Source: Octopus sinensis (taxonomy: Eukaryota). Taken from it: a stretch of DNA of 64,000 nucleotides. The stretch covers positions 22,320,001 to 22,384,000 of the forward strand of contig NC_043015.1 in the NCBI RefSeq assembly GCF_006345805.1, given 5' to 3'. Below the pieces are notes generated by a model, which ran no database searches, was not told where the DNA came from, and worked only from the letters and a program-made list of their open reading frames with translations. The position numbers were made by a program, and so were the translations under genes. The stretch's first letter is position 1. Each line of letters begins with the position of its first letter. Positions 25,300 through 39,215 of the stretch are shown here, one piece after another.

Positions 25300-25450
25300 T
25301 TTTACAAATATGTTTGACCTTGTGCCAAATTTTGTAGCAAATATTATAATCATTTCCTCTGAGTAAAATTCTGCGAGCCATTTCACCTTCCCATCCATCA
25401 TCTGTTAAACATATGCCAGAAGTTTGAAATCTGTATTCAATTATCACAAT
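25300..25450 (-). mobile_element. Possible RTE-type LINE RT thumb fragment
   Basis: GICLTDDGWEGEMARRILL....YKIW resembles GS.I..DG...EI.RRI..A....KIW; short and degenerate. Confidence 0.35.
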
Positions 25451-28400
25451 CCTATATTTTAAAACGAGTTATAGGATATTCTGTTATTTAAACTTTTCCT
25501 AATAGAATTAGCGAAATTGCGAGTGTGAAAAATCACGTGCATTGGCATTGAACACCTCAATCTAGAAACTGAAACTGAAGGCAGCTATACATCCTCCTCT
25601 GTTGCATTTGCAGTAACGCAGGAGACAATATTTCAATAGATATTATATTGCAACTGATAAGAATCTGTGTTTTATTCAGTTCTGCAGGAAGACATTTATT
25701 CACACTCTTTCAAATGATTATCAGCATTTCAACTTTTACTTTCACTACTCAATCAGGTGTTTATCCGTGACATCACTTTGGTGCAACATTAGACAACTGT
25801 CCACAATACAGTTCTTAAATTACTTGAAAAGGATAGAGAGAAATCAGAAAGAGATGATAGAAATGAATGAATAAATAAGTAAACGAAGAGCGAAAGAGAA
25901 ATGAAGACGGAGAGAAAGAAAGATAGAAAGAAAGTTAGAAATAATTCGCTAGCAAAACAGTACATTACGTTTGTATCTACGAAAAAGGAAGACATGCATT
26001 ATATGAAACTTATACTGAATGGATTAGATAACACATCATGACAAGCTTGTTACCTCTGTATCATTAAATCTAATATGGGATTTGAATGTTGCTATATTAG
26101 CAACAATGATCATATCGCAAACTACTTGTTTCAGATGCAAATAACCATTGTCTCGTTTGATATATCAGAGCTAGTTGTGCTTCGTGTGATCAAGACAGAT
26201 TATATATTGATGTATGTGTATAATACAGTGAAATATGTATCTAATCACGTTTGTTAGCATTCATACAGATGCATAAAGACTGAATGTGTACGATTACTAA
26301 TTGTTAAGCTTAAGATCTGCGTTCAGTGCATATCAATTCCAGAATTATATACAGGTAACGACGAACGATTACTCACTACCTCTGTTATGTGATGAAGGCC
26401 AGTATGTCTGAAACATTCTGGCTCATTGTATGTAGTTTTGTAATTTCTAACGTCGTGAATCTCAAGGAACTAGTGAAGCTAGGCGTCGACAGCCGTTACA
26501 TTTTTGTGTGAAGTGAATAATCCAACATCTTTGGCTTTAGTCAAAACTTAGAAAGTGAAGGAGATGTAAAACTTTCTCACAGTTTCAGAACACATGCGTG
26601 TTGCATGTCCTTCCAATTAGTTCGATTTACGCATATTTTAAGGAAAGATCCATTAGAAACTTTAGACATAGCCACACCTAAAATGACGGGAACGGCACAT
26701 CTGATTTCTTTTTCACTACTTTAAGAAATTCCAGAGAATATTGCAAGCAACTAGTAATAAAACAAGCCTCAAGCAAACAGTTAGATTGTTGTGAGATACA
26801 AATGAAAATAATAAAGAAACTCTAATAAGGTTCCTTAAAAGCCATAGAACTTACAACAGAAGATTTCAACGAATTAAGACAATATTTGTCAGGGAAAACT
26901 GGAAGATTCCATGGAAGGGATTTTCAAAGAAAATTAATAGTTTAGAGACCCTTCTCATAACAGAAGACAACAACATGGTTGAACAGTGACCCTAGAATTT
27001 CAAAATAGCAAATACAGAAGTGAATTTCATATTTTCCGAGCTCAAATTAATATACGTTGGATTCAAAACAGCCGAGTTCATATATTTCCCAATGGTGATT
27101 TAGATTGGTGAAGAATTTATCCCTGTTTATTACATGCGTAATTATTGCAGAGAAGGAAATGATGTAACGAGAGAGTTGCTATCTGGTGACCTGAACTGCT
27201 AGCAACAGCAGATAAATCTACCTCAAATAACTTATACATCAGTGTCTTAAATAAGGAAATTACACATTGCAAACTGTAGTCACCCATCACATAACCAGAA
27301 ATGCGAGATGGTGCAGGCTTAAAAATGCCGATAATTACAGGTCTGCTAATGAGTACACATAACAGGACGAACAGCATTTAACAAAATTAGTATAGCCATT
27401 AGGACGAATGGAATGGCAACAGTTATTGGGATAAGGTATAGTGAGTTAAAGAGACATAAATACACAATCCACAGACGCAATGCAGAATGTATAGGATTCA
27501 TGAATATTTACTGTATCCAATGACAGTGGTGACGTTGCTATTGGTAAAAAATTATTAAGCAAATTTTTATAGTTTATTGGTGCCAATGTGTTAGATTGCC
27601 ATGAAACCTGAAAATTTGAATAAAGAAGCTTGAATGGAGAATCATCATAAAAAGAGTCACATGTCAAAATAGGAGATAGCTGAAACGTATTTGAATTATG
27701 CCCCCATCAACCTCCAGTATTTTCTTTTTAAGCTTCTTTGAAGCATATACATTTTTTAATTACGACGTTGTTCAATAAATTCTCTGCTGAAAGACTTGTG
27801 ACCACAAGATTACGCGGTTTTTATCCTTGCTGCAATCGAAATAATTTTTACATCAAAACTCTCTTGCGTTTCATAAGGTCAATACTCCTTTTGAGGGCAA
27901 CGTTGTGTCAAGTAGAATGACATTAATATGGATTGAAACTGCAGTGCAAGTTTCTAGTCGGCTCGAGAGTAAAAGCGGATAATGAATACAAATGAGATGT
28001 ATTGCGTTGTGCAGTAATAAATCAAATATTTAGTCTGAACCATCTATTTGGAATATTTTTTAAAAATATTTCTATTATGTGTCATTGCTGTTGTGTACAG
28101 TACACCAGCAAATACAGAAGGTGAAAAATCCTTGACGAAATATGAATAATTCAATTAAGTTTTGATAAGAAAATACATTACGCATCTAAGCAACAAACTG
28201 AAGATAAAAATATAAATTAATATTGTATAATATTTCAAGAAAGATGAAAATAATATTCGAAGATAGGAAAACTGAGAAAAACGAAAAATAAAAGAAGAGA
28301 AAAATACATGGGAGATAGAATATTGTGTTTCATAAATTTTGAAAGACAATATCAAGAGAGAACGAAAGGAAAAATTAACGACAGCATCAATATTAATTTA

Positions 28401-29569
28401 AGGACAGTAAGTCAAATTCAAGTGTCAAAAATGAACGATCGAAATCTTGAAATACCTTTAGGAAATTCGTATAATCACAAACGCTTAAGATAAACAAATG
28501 AATGTAAGAAATAATATAAACAATTCCACGGTATATAATAAATATTTTCTATATTTTCAGTCACATGCAAATCCTTACCTTGGGCCGATGAGATAAAATA
28601 AATCTAATCTAGGAAAATTGTTTCTAGGTCTAGACATATTTATAATAGATTTTGATGAGGATGAGTCAATGATCAACGAAATAGAATACTATTGAAAGGC
28701 CTTTTATTGGAAATGTATGGTAATAGACCAATCGTCAATCTAAGAACTTTATTACAGGTACGAATAGACAGGCGTATATGCTGTAGAGAATGGTATATAA
28801 AGTCAATAGTTGTACATTACAACCATTTTAACAAACAAGTTAGCAGAAACAAGGAAGAAACTTAGAGGGAAAACTTTCAAACATCAGCTCCTGCAGTTTT
28901 CCGCCAACTGGGTCATCACATGACAACATATATTTAAAAGTGAAAATCATGAGTAACCCGAAATCAAGGTCAAAACCCTAATTGAAAGGAGTATTCCTAA
29001 CACTTCTTAATAATTCAGGACCTCTGTAATGGAATGAATATCTGAAGCGTCAATTTTCATCCGGACATGAAGTTCAAGATTCTGTCGATGTACGATTATA
29101 TTTACGTACGTGAAAAGTATTACCACATTTTGTTGATACCAGATAAAATTTAACATCAGAAATACAAATTTTAACTTTGCTCGTTATTTACAAACGAAAT
29201 CCGTATGAAATGAACAGTTGCTTTGTTTGGTTTCTTGCTTTTGATTATACAAATTTACGATGAAAAGAAGTGTTTTGTTCAGCTGTATTTATTTATTTAT
29301 TTATTTATTTATTAAAATAACTTCCAATCTGAAACAGTAGACCGAGTATAAAAATCGTTTGTCAAAGGCCAGGGACGCCTCTTATAAGACAAGAGGTTAG
29401 GGCGTTGTGCTACGTAATATAAGTAAATACAAGATGCAGAATTTGTTCTGTTAATTTAGTAAATGTTTAAGTGCAAAGCAGAATGGCTTCATGTTAATTA
29501 CTGAGCGTGCAAATGATGAAACATCAAACTTATAAAATAAAAGAATTACATTGCCAACATATAAAAAAG

Positions 29570-29795
29570 AATTACATTCACCGAGGTCATATTTGCCTTT
29601 CATCATTTCTCGGTCGATAAAGTACGTACCAGTTGTGCACTGGGTCGGTGTAATCGACGTATTCCTCCTCAAAAATTGAAGGAATTGTGCTAGAATTTGA
29701 AGCCAATATTGAAATAAATAATTGGTTTTATATGATCAAAACCTGCGAATGTTGTGCGCCAGTATGTCCGTAGTTCAATGTCTCAAACCAGTAAT
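29570..29795 (+). mobile_element. SINE family 1 3' half (29570-29712) followed by a family 2 tail fragment (29735-29795)
   Basis: gcctttcatcatttctcggtcgataaagtacgtaccagttgtgcactggg...ttgaagccaatatt, then gcgccagtatgtccgtagttcaatgtctcaaaccagtaa. Confidence 0.75.
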
Positions 29796-31354
29796 AAGCA
29801 CACACACACACACACAAACAAAACACACACACACACACACATATACATGTATACATACAAAATGTATTGAAATATAAAGCAATGTAAAGCAATGTAAAGC
29901 TATATGTTGTAAGTACATACGCATAAACTCAAAGAATAGATTGCCTAAAATAACAATGTTATAACAGCAACGTGGCTGGATGTAATTTGTGATATAACAT
30001 CAATATCGTAACTTCATTGGCTTCTGACGTGAGTTCGGCGTCTTAACATGAGTGAGTTTTCTGTTTTGAACGGGAACTGAAACTAAGATGCACTTTCACA
30101 TTGCGGTAAGTTTACATATTTCTGTAAGAGACATAGAGAGAGAAAGAGGAGAAAAAGACAGAGACTGAATGAGAGAGAGAGAGCGAGGGACAAAGATAAA
30201 GAAAGAGAAAGTAAGAGAGAGAGAGGGACAGAGATAAAGAAAGAAAGAGAGACAGAGAGACAGAGAGAAATATAGTATGCGAGAAACCATATCCTCATTG
30301 ATATTCCAAGCATAGTTTAAATGTATGCAGAAATTATATTTCGAGGAAATGAATGTATTATTTGTTTGAAATAATGGAGTATTGTATACGGTATGATAAT
30401 AAAATATAAAGACGAACAAACAAACAAAAAAATACAAGAGATAAAAATAAAAGCTAAAAGCATAAAGAAACGGTGCAACATAAAAATAAAGATATAGCAA
30501 TAATAGTGTAAGGCAAAATGCTGATATAAATATTTATAATACGCCATGCGTTGATATAAATGTTGACAATATAACAGAATTCTGGATAGCATATAAAATA
30601 TCAGCGATTTACTATAGTTATGTAAAGCTGGATGGTTGAAGTATGCCTCGGCGTGTGTGTCGGTGTGTGCGTGATTATGTGTGTGTGTATGTAGCTATAC
30701 GCGTATAATTATCTATATATACGTGTGTATATATACATACACGCGCATATATATTTATATATATATATATATATATATGCACACATACACACATGCATAT
30801 ATATATATATATACACACAAAGGGAGTGAGAGAAAGAGAGAGAGAGTGTGTGAGAGTGAGGTACTACTCTAGGGCGTAGAGTTTCGTGCAAAATAATACA
30901 TTCATTTTCTCTAAATTCAGTTACCTGCATAAATTTACACTATCCTTCGAATATCAATGAGGTTACGGTTTGTGTGTGTGTGTTGTAAAGAAATTCGAAA
31001 ACACACTTCACACTGAAAATACGTCTCATTTTCACCTTCTATTCAGTTTTTGCAATTCACAGAATTAAATAGTGCGATTTAACATCATAAACCACCACTC
31101 ATATACTACTGGTATTACGTCATATATTCATCTGATGCTATGCTGTTGATATCAAATCGTCATTCAATTAAAATACACTGCTGTTGCGCAATTCTAACGT
31201 CAGGGAATCATTAAATCCACCAAGTATGAAATTTATACTCTTTTTTTAAGGGCAATTAGATAAGAGGCTTGCTTTCTCAAACAGGCTTTAGAATTCAGTT
31301 CCATCGCGAGACACCGGCGTATGTATGTATATGTATACATATATATATATATAT

Positions 31355-31403
<49 letters not shown>

Positions 31404-31562
31404 CATGTGTGTGTGTGTAATATTTTGGACAAAAATATATATGTCGATTAAAGTGCTGAAGTCTTCAGTAGAGCACTGGTAGATCTCGGCTAACTGGTGT
31501 CATCCGCGTTCGGGGTATATTGCCGTTAGATCTACTGCAGAACTCCGTAGTGTTAGTTGAGG

Positions 31563-31596
31563 TAATAATAATAATATAATAATAATAATAATAATA

Positions 31597-31629
<33 letters not shown>

Positions 31630-31637
31630 TGATGATA

Positions 31638-31674
<37 letters not shown>

Positions 31675-31785
31675 TAATAATAATAATAATAATATAATAA
31701 TAATAATAATAATAATAATATAATAATAATAATAACAACATAATAATAATAATAATAATAATAATGATAATAATAATAATGATAA
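31563..31785. repeat. Long imperfect (AAT)n microsatellite
   Basis: Directly visible. Confidence 0.97.
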
Positions 31786-32393
31786 TTTCTTAAGTAACTA
31801 GAGGATAGATTTGGTATTAATCTTTATTTTATACAGGGGCCGTCTTCACACATCCTGCAAGTATCCCTTATGTGTGAAATTCCGTTCAACATGTGTTGCA
31901 TCAATTTTGCGATTTAGGTCTCATCATGTACATCCATACATAAAGTTGTGACTCGATAAAGGTCCTATGTTTTGGCTGTGATGTTCTTATATGCTCCTCC
32001 AGTTAGAGAATGAAACATCGCTATAATTTTCAATTATTATTATCTTTCTTCGATAAGGGTTGCAAATATTTGTTGCTAAAATATAGAACAAAAATTTCCA
32101 GGGGAAGTCAATGGATGGACAAGGATGGTTTGAGTTACTTTGGGTTTAAGACAAATTAATGGTACTAGAAGAAATAGAGAGATATATCTGCATTTTGTAA
32201 TGTCTCGTGGGCGAAAGGTTGTTTAGCTAGATCAGGATATGTATACCCATATATGCACACTCACCCACAAGGTCAATTACAGCCGTAGCTCGTATAATTT
32301 ATGGCTGGAACATACCTCATTAGGCAACTCGCAGTCACTCTGATTCGCTCCACGTCTATATCACCGATGGTGAATCACACACCGCTACATATA

Positions 32394-32486
<93 letters not shown>

Positions 32487-32498
32487 TATATATATATT

Positions 32499-33000
32499 CA
32501 ACACAAACACACCCAGAAATAGTAAAAATAATAACAGGTCAGCGACAAGCACGAATGTAAATAGAAATGACCGGACCGTTACCACCTGAACACACACAAA
32601 CTAAACAACTGACAACCTATACTCATGCAGGGACCATTCAAAATATCAGCTGGGTAACCAATGCAAGACTTGAAAAGTTTTGTACAAGTGCGCCACAATA
32701 ACTAGAGGAGGTCCCTACGTATATACAGGTGCATTGGGTGATATTTTCATAAATATATATAGAAACCACATAGCTACCTTTCAAAAAACCCTGAAACGGC
32801 ATGCAACATCACTGGCTAATTTCGTCTGGCGACTCAAGGAAGGGGGGGGGGAAATACGACCTGACCTAGTCAATAATTATACACGTAAATCTCTACAACA
32901 CACAATCCCGGAAATGCCAGCCATGTTCCGAGGTATTGCTGTCAATATTATCGACAGAATTGCAGGTTATAAATATATTTACGCAAGCATACAGCCAAAC
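32499..33000 (+). mobile_element. Penelope-like retroelement GIY-YIG remnant beginning right after (TA)n
   Basis: YSCRDHSKYQLGNQCKT*KVLYKCATI..PYVYTG....FINIYRNHIATF...HATSLANFVWRLK, then after a frameshift YDLT*SIIIHVNLYNTQSRKCQPC. Same motif order as 1330-2060. (TA)n at 32388-32498. Confidence 0.8.
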
Positions 33001-33468
33001 TGTTCAAACAATTTAATGCAAACCACATCTAACCGATACAAACCACAACCGTGACGACTCGGATTAACCTGACCCCGCCTCGAGTGAATACCTCATGGAC
33101 TGAAACCATCGAGCCTATAGAAAAGAAGGACCGGATTAGAACGCTACGTGTATTTAAGTACGTTAGTATAGGACACTTGAAGAACCCAACTGTATGAAAC
33201 TAGGACTCAGATTTTTCAAAACGCAATAGAGTGATTTACTACTTAGAAAAATGAATTGTGACTCAGACAGTTATACTTACATATTTGTCTATATGATAAC
33301 TTGGGAACGCAACCACTTTTCACTAAATATGCAAACTTAAGGTACTAGGCCATAACCTGTAAACACACATAACAGACGAATTATCTGAGGAGGTAAAATA
33401 TGCCTTTCTATATCTTTAAAACGTGTGTGCAGATTTTGATGTCCATATATAACCTTACAATGCATTTT

Positions 33469-33469
<1 letters not shown>

Positions 33470-33519
<50 letters not shown>

Positions 33520-33574
33520 CATGATGATGATGATGATGATAATAATAATAATGATAATAATAATAATAATAATA

Positions 33575-33638
<64 letters not shown>

Positions 33639-33660
33639 CAACAATAATAATAATAATAAT
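33470..33660. repeat. (AAT)n/(GAT)n microsatellite
   Basis: Directly visible; source of the poly-I and poly-N ORFs. Confidence 0.97.
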
Positions 33661-35887
33661 GGTATTTACTAACAAATAGTGCTTGAATAACTAACGAGGC
33701 AACAGAGAGCCATAGCTATAATAAGGATGCAGGGATGTGTGTATATGTGTGCATGTGTGCGAGTGTAGATATACATATATATGTTCGTCTGTGTGTGTGG
33801 ATAGAGTGGGGCTGCTGGAAGACCCTATGTATGGCGATAGGACTCTGCATCATGCCACACAAGCAGGAGAATCCAGGCATGGCTGTCATATCGTTTCTGC
33901 GACCATATCCTTAACATCTAGGAATCTAACTTCCAGACTGCAAACTCCTTGATTAATATGAGTGGAGTGCAGTTGAGGGAGAGGCAAAGAAGACTCCTTG
34001 AAAATCTGTTCCGTCTTGCCATTCAACAAACGATGGTCTGTTCATGTGTAAAACTTGCCCCTTCGGTTACAAGAGACCGAGAAAAAAGTCCAAGTTTATA
34101 CCATCCAATGGATGAATAGAAGATGTGGATAAATGTATGAGCGGAAAAAATAAATATACGACCTGCAACTCCAGTAACTTTGAAGAAATATTGAAACTTT
34201 AGATAAATCTCATATATTTCGTTCCTCAGGTTCCTGAAATATGGAATAGCATTCATTATTCAAATATTCATCAATTATGAAAATTCTTATTTATTTGTTG
34301 TGAAACATATTGAACATAGAATTAATGGCGACTCATAATTAAATGCAACGTCGAAATGGAACAACCATGCCGAAGATTAAAGAATTTTGGTGTCTAAATT
34401 TTGAGCTTATCATTTTTAACCAGTTCATTTAATTCTTTCACTTTTCATTTTTCCTTCATAGCTGACTGCAAATTAGCATTCCGAAATATTTGTCTTTGAC
34501 TTATCTTCATATCTTGCAGCTAACAGATGTGATATACAGATCTATCTGCTATATGCATGCAAGCATACACACACACACATGTACACATACACATGCATAT
34601 GTACGCATGTATATATATGTGTATGCATATATATATATATATATGCATGTGTGCGTAGATATGTATATATGTGCGTGTATGTATATATATATATTTATAT
34701 ATATATATATATACATATATGCTTGTGTTTAAGTCTCCGTAAATTATCAGCTCGACAGAAAGTCCAATAGAATAATCACCACAAAAATTAGCACTGGTCT
34801 GTATTTGTTCGACCAGAATCCTTAAAGTCGATGTCATATCTTGGCCGCAGTGTTACGAATGAAAGAAGAGAAATAAAAATCGAAATCACCACCCAGCAAT
34901 ATGCAGAGTCGTTTTTTGGTAAAACGAAGCTGTTTCTTGCCATATATTCTCAACAAGATTAATTCCCGATTTGTAGTTGTATCCAGAACGAATGAGTCTC
35001 TCCGTTTCCTCTGCAACTGTTAGTCACAGAAGTGTTCTTTCTCTCAATTCCCACTCTACTTCTTTTATATCCTTGGTTGCAGATATATGCTTTTAACGAA
35101 TCGTGGGGTAAAGCAATGTACTGACAGGTAAAACTTCCGTCTACCAAAATGTGAGGCTACTAACGTTCTTCGTCTCAACGAGACACGTTACTCTTTATAA
35201 GAGTTCGACGAGTCCACCTTTAAATTACACAGGTGTGTTAATGACTATCACCACAATATTTTCTAAATCAATGAAAGGACACGTTTAGATATTGTGGTGC
35301 TAGCTGCTAAGTGACTTGGAATTATCCTGGACGGTTGCGACTGTAAAGTGTCTGATCACTGGTTGGCTAAATCATGAATTAGCAGGGATTAGATAGTGAT
35401 GTTATAAGATATAACTTGTCGCCATTCTGTCCAATGACATGAAAATCGTATATTTGATGATGATGTTGGACCAAATATTTGACAAGTTAATTTTTTTCGG
35501 TGTTAGACAACCACGAATAATATACCGAATCGTTTCACTGACGTTTGGTTATAACATTAATATATTTAAAAACTTTATGGTATTATTAAGAATCTGGTGC
35601 TGTCTGTTCGCATAAATCAAACTGGAAACAAACAGAAAGAGATGCACAATTCCTGCCGTCTCATTTATTAGTAATTTTTTGAACAGTGACCTCAGGTATT
35701 CGGACTTGTTAGTATTTGATATTTATTTCCAGATAAGCAATTTATGCATGTTATAATCCTATGAAATTCATTGTTTTTCCTGCTACTGATAACAACGCGG
35801 TTAAATCACTGTTAAATGACTGTGAAGAAAAGTATGAGGTAAAGACCTGCGTCCCAATACCTATCTTGAACGATGCAGCTTTATGGT

Positions 35888-36423
35888 GTTAGGTAGAAGG
35901 CCGGCAGTTTTGAGATGAAGAAACACGTCTATCGCATCGCGCGCAGTAATTATCTGCCGTTTAATTTTATCGACCCGGAAAGAGATGAAAAGCAAAGTTG
36001 ACCTTAGTGGCTTTTGAACTCATAAACACCCGGAATAAATGCTACTGAGCATTTTGTTCGACTTACTAATATTTCTGCTAGGTTGAATTGAATTTCCAAT
36101 GGGGTCGACTTTCCCGTTAACCCTTTCAGAGTCGATAAAATAAGTACCAGTTATAAACTGGGGTCGATGTAGGCGACTCACACCCTTCACCGAACTTTCT
36201 GGCCCAATATACTCGTTTGCAATATAGGCGGAGCGCCTTGAATGTTGTAGGGTGTTGCTAGTCGGCTACATTTATCCCAGCGCTAAACCCGTACCTAGTT
36301 TATCTAACCTGAAGGGATGAAAGACAAGGTTTACCTCGGTAACGATTGAAGGCAGGCTTACCTCTGAAGAAAAGCTGATAAGCATTTAGTCCAGCCTGCT
36401 CACAACTCTGCCAGGTTGCCGCC
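35888..36423. mobile_element. Cluster of three family 1 SINE pieces in -,+,- orientation (35888-36085, 36091-36210, 36225-36423)
   Basis: ttttatcgacccggaaagagatgaaaagcaaagttgacc (minus core); ggtcgactttcc...gtcgataaaataagtaccag (plus core); gggatgaaagacaagg...ctctgccaggttgccgcc (minus). Confidence 0.8.
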
Positions 36424-37252
36424 TCTGTATTTCAAGAAGGATACATAAAGCAATCAGCGATTTCCCTCCATACTCTTTCAGAATGTTTGGAAGTTCTGTA
36501 TTAGAATATAACTGGATATTTGTAATCCGATATCTGACTCAAATTTGCATTGAATGCCTTTTATTCATACAGGGACGTTAATTGGGATATATTTGTTCAG
36601 TTTTAGGCTTTGATTTTATTTGGCGCAGCAGTGATACGTTGAGTACTAGTTAGTGACTAGGTTAAGATAATATCATTTCTTCGTATATAATATAGGTTTC
36701 GTTGCACATATTTTTGTTCGTTCTCCATCGTTGAGCTATATAAACAGCAAAACGTCAACGAAAACAATCCCCATCTTATTTAATTCCATCATGTTATGCT
36801 CTAATTTAGAATCTCCGTGGACCGCATAAGATTTCCATCACAGCAGGATCAATATCATAAGTATTAGTTAAATGCTGGATTGATTTAATTGACTGCACGA
36901 TATTCACTGTATTTCAGATTCACGCCGATATCCGAAATTTATTATTCTCGTTCGAGATGTAATAATTAAAGTTATTGCTATAAAAGCAGCAATTATATAT
37001 TTCGTTTTATTTATATATTGAGATAGCAAAATTAATTATATGGAGTCAAGCAGGACTGAGACCGTTGCTTTCTATGGAAAGCATTCTAATTTAATAGCAT
37101 ATTAATATGCAGAATGTCCCTATTACATATATACACACACTCATACAGAATATAAATATATATATATATATAATATATATATATATATTATATATATATA
37201 TATATTATATATATATATATGTGTGTGTGTGTGTGGTGTGTGTGTGTGTGTG

Positions 37253-37303
<51 letters not shown>

Positions 37304-38229
37304 CAAATATATTTGCATATATATTAATATATGCATGTATAGATATTTAGATATTTATTATTTGCGCATGCATGGAATGCAATATTGGAGTCTCAGAGTT
37401 TATAACAGCTGTGTTTTATTGCAGCCAATCAGAGTGTCACTAAACGGTCATTCAATGCTTGAAATGGCGGCTATCTATCGTCGCTGGAACACACTCTTCC
37501 GTTCTTAAACATAACAGCGCATTACATTATGTAACACTTGTGTATATTAAGTTTGGACGAAATTCGAAATGGTCACGGGAGGAATACATTTTAACTTAAA
37601 ATTGTTCAGTCCGGCCTTTCTGATCTGGGATTTGCCATAAAGCAAAGCATAAATATAATTTCATTAAACTTAGTCGTGACTTTTCCAACTATGTGTATCA
37701 TTCTGTGTTTTTTTTATGCTTTCTCTATATTTAAAGTGATCTGTTTTGTGAAACGAGACTATTCGGCTATTATTAACACAAAACCTGGAAACTACATACA
37801 GTGTCCCTTCTTTATTTAGACTTTCAATATTTTTTTACCCCTGGTCATTCTTAATCGAGCACATCTAAGTTCAGCAGTAAACAATTCTTAGACATCTATC
37901 ATACTGGTCCTTGTAAAAAGCTGTTAGACCTATATTATTTAAGGTGTATCTTTTTGTAAGGTGGAGTAAATTTTGATGGTAATCAATTTTGTCTACCATC
38001 ACGCTGAAAATCCCGCAAGGTATCACTTCAGGCTTTCTTTATCACACTACTCCAACGACCTGAGGTGTTACATCATTGTAGCAAAGCCGAATGTATAACA
38101 TATTGTTTTTTTACCGCAGCGAGTTTCAAAATCAGCGCACAAAGACCAGTACAAAACTCCAGTTTAATTCATACGAGGGAGTATATTCACACTTAAGAAA
38201 TATTTGAAACAATGTTTAGCATAGATATC

Positions 38230-38640
38230 CATGAACACATCTCTGCATCCTATTTCAGGCAGGTGCGTGGGTGTAGAGTCCCCAGGCAAAGACTCCCATA
38301 GCATCCTAGCAGTAACAGCTATCATTAGACTATTAGCTGGATTCTCAAGTGTCACTGACTCACACTATGGATATTATACATAGGCGTTCTTGTTCTACCC
38401 CCAGGTTTCTTGTCAGATGTCGCGGCTTCAAGTATTCGTCTTGAGGTTCTTTCCTGCGACATTCTAATCACATGTCCGTGTTAACGGACAAGTGGCATAG
38501 CAGAAAATTTTCGGCTTCGCGACAGAGAAACTCCTTCATCTCCGATCTACGCAGCCTTTTGAGTAACGTTATTTCGCATATCCAAGCATATGTGCTGGAT
38601 CACAAATTCTGGTCGATATAATCGATGAACCATCGAGTAT
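38230..38640 (-). mobile_element. RTE-clade LINE 3' ORF remnant
   Basis: Minus strand HGHVIRMSQERTSRRILEAATSDKKPGGRTRT matches the RTE C-terminal pattern GHV.RM..ER....L.A......P.GR.RT. Confidence 0.7.
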
Positions 38641-38674
38641 ATTGGCTCATCGTGTGATGTTCAAGTCTATAAAA

Positions 38675-38722
<48 letters not shown>

Positions 38723-39130
38723 TGATATTTATATGTATAACTCCTCTTACATAAATGTATGCATGTATATATATGGGAGATATTGGTATCCACAAGACAA
38801 CAAGGTGGCAGTGAATGCTATGCAAGTGGTACGAGAGGAACATAATTAGACACTCGATTCGATAATAGGAGTGAAGAGTAAAAAGATATGAAATGCTTCA
38901 CAAATGTGAATGTCAGGTCATTTATAAAGGAAAATGTAGTCTAAAATATGAACGATTCCCAAATTCGAGAATCGTTTCATGTTTTTAAACTACCTTTCCC
39001 TTTATAAATGTCCTATAAATTCCACTCAGCCTTCGCTTTGTTGTTTCATTTTATTTAACACACGTCTTTATATATATATATATAACACATATCTTTATAT
39101 ATATATATATAAGTTCTGCATATATATATA

Positions 39131-39215
<85 letters not shown>

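Noticed and set aside
26389-26414. GTGATGA-AGGC-cagtat-GTCT-GAAAC hammerhead-like motif
   Set aside because: C3 is G, there is no GUH triplet or stem I, and no (TA)n flank or shared tail; at best a very old relic.
27446-27610. VSWQ...PINY...YTFCIASV as a fibronectin type III exon
   Set aside because: Too short, ends in a stop, phase 0 rather than the usual phase 1, and no neighbouring FN3 exons.
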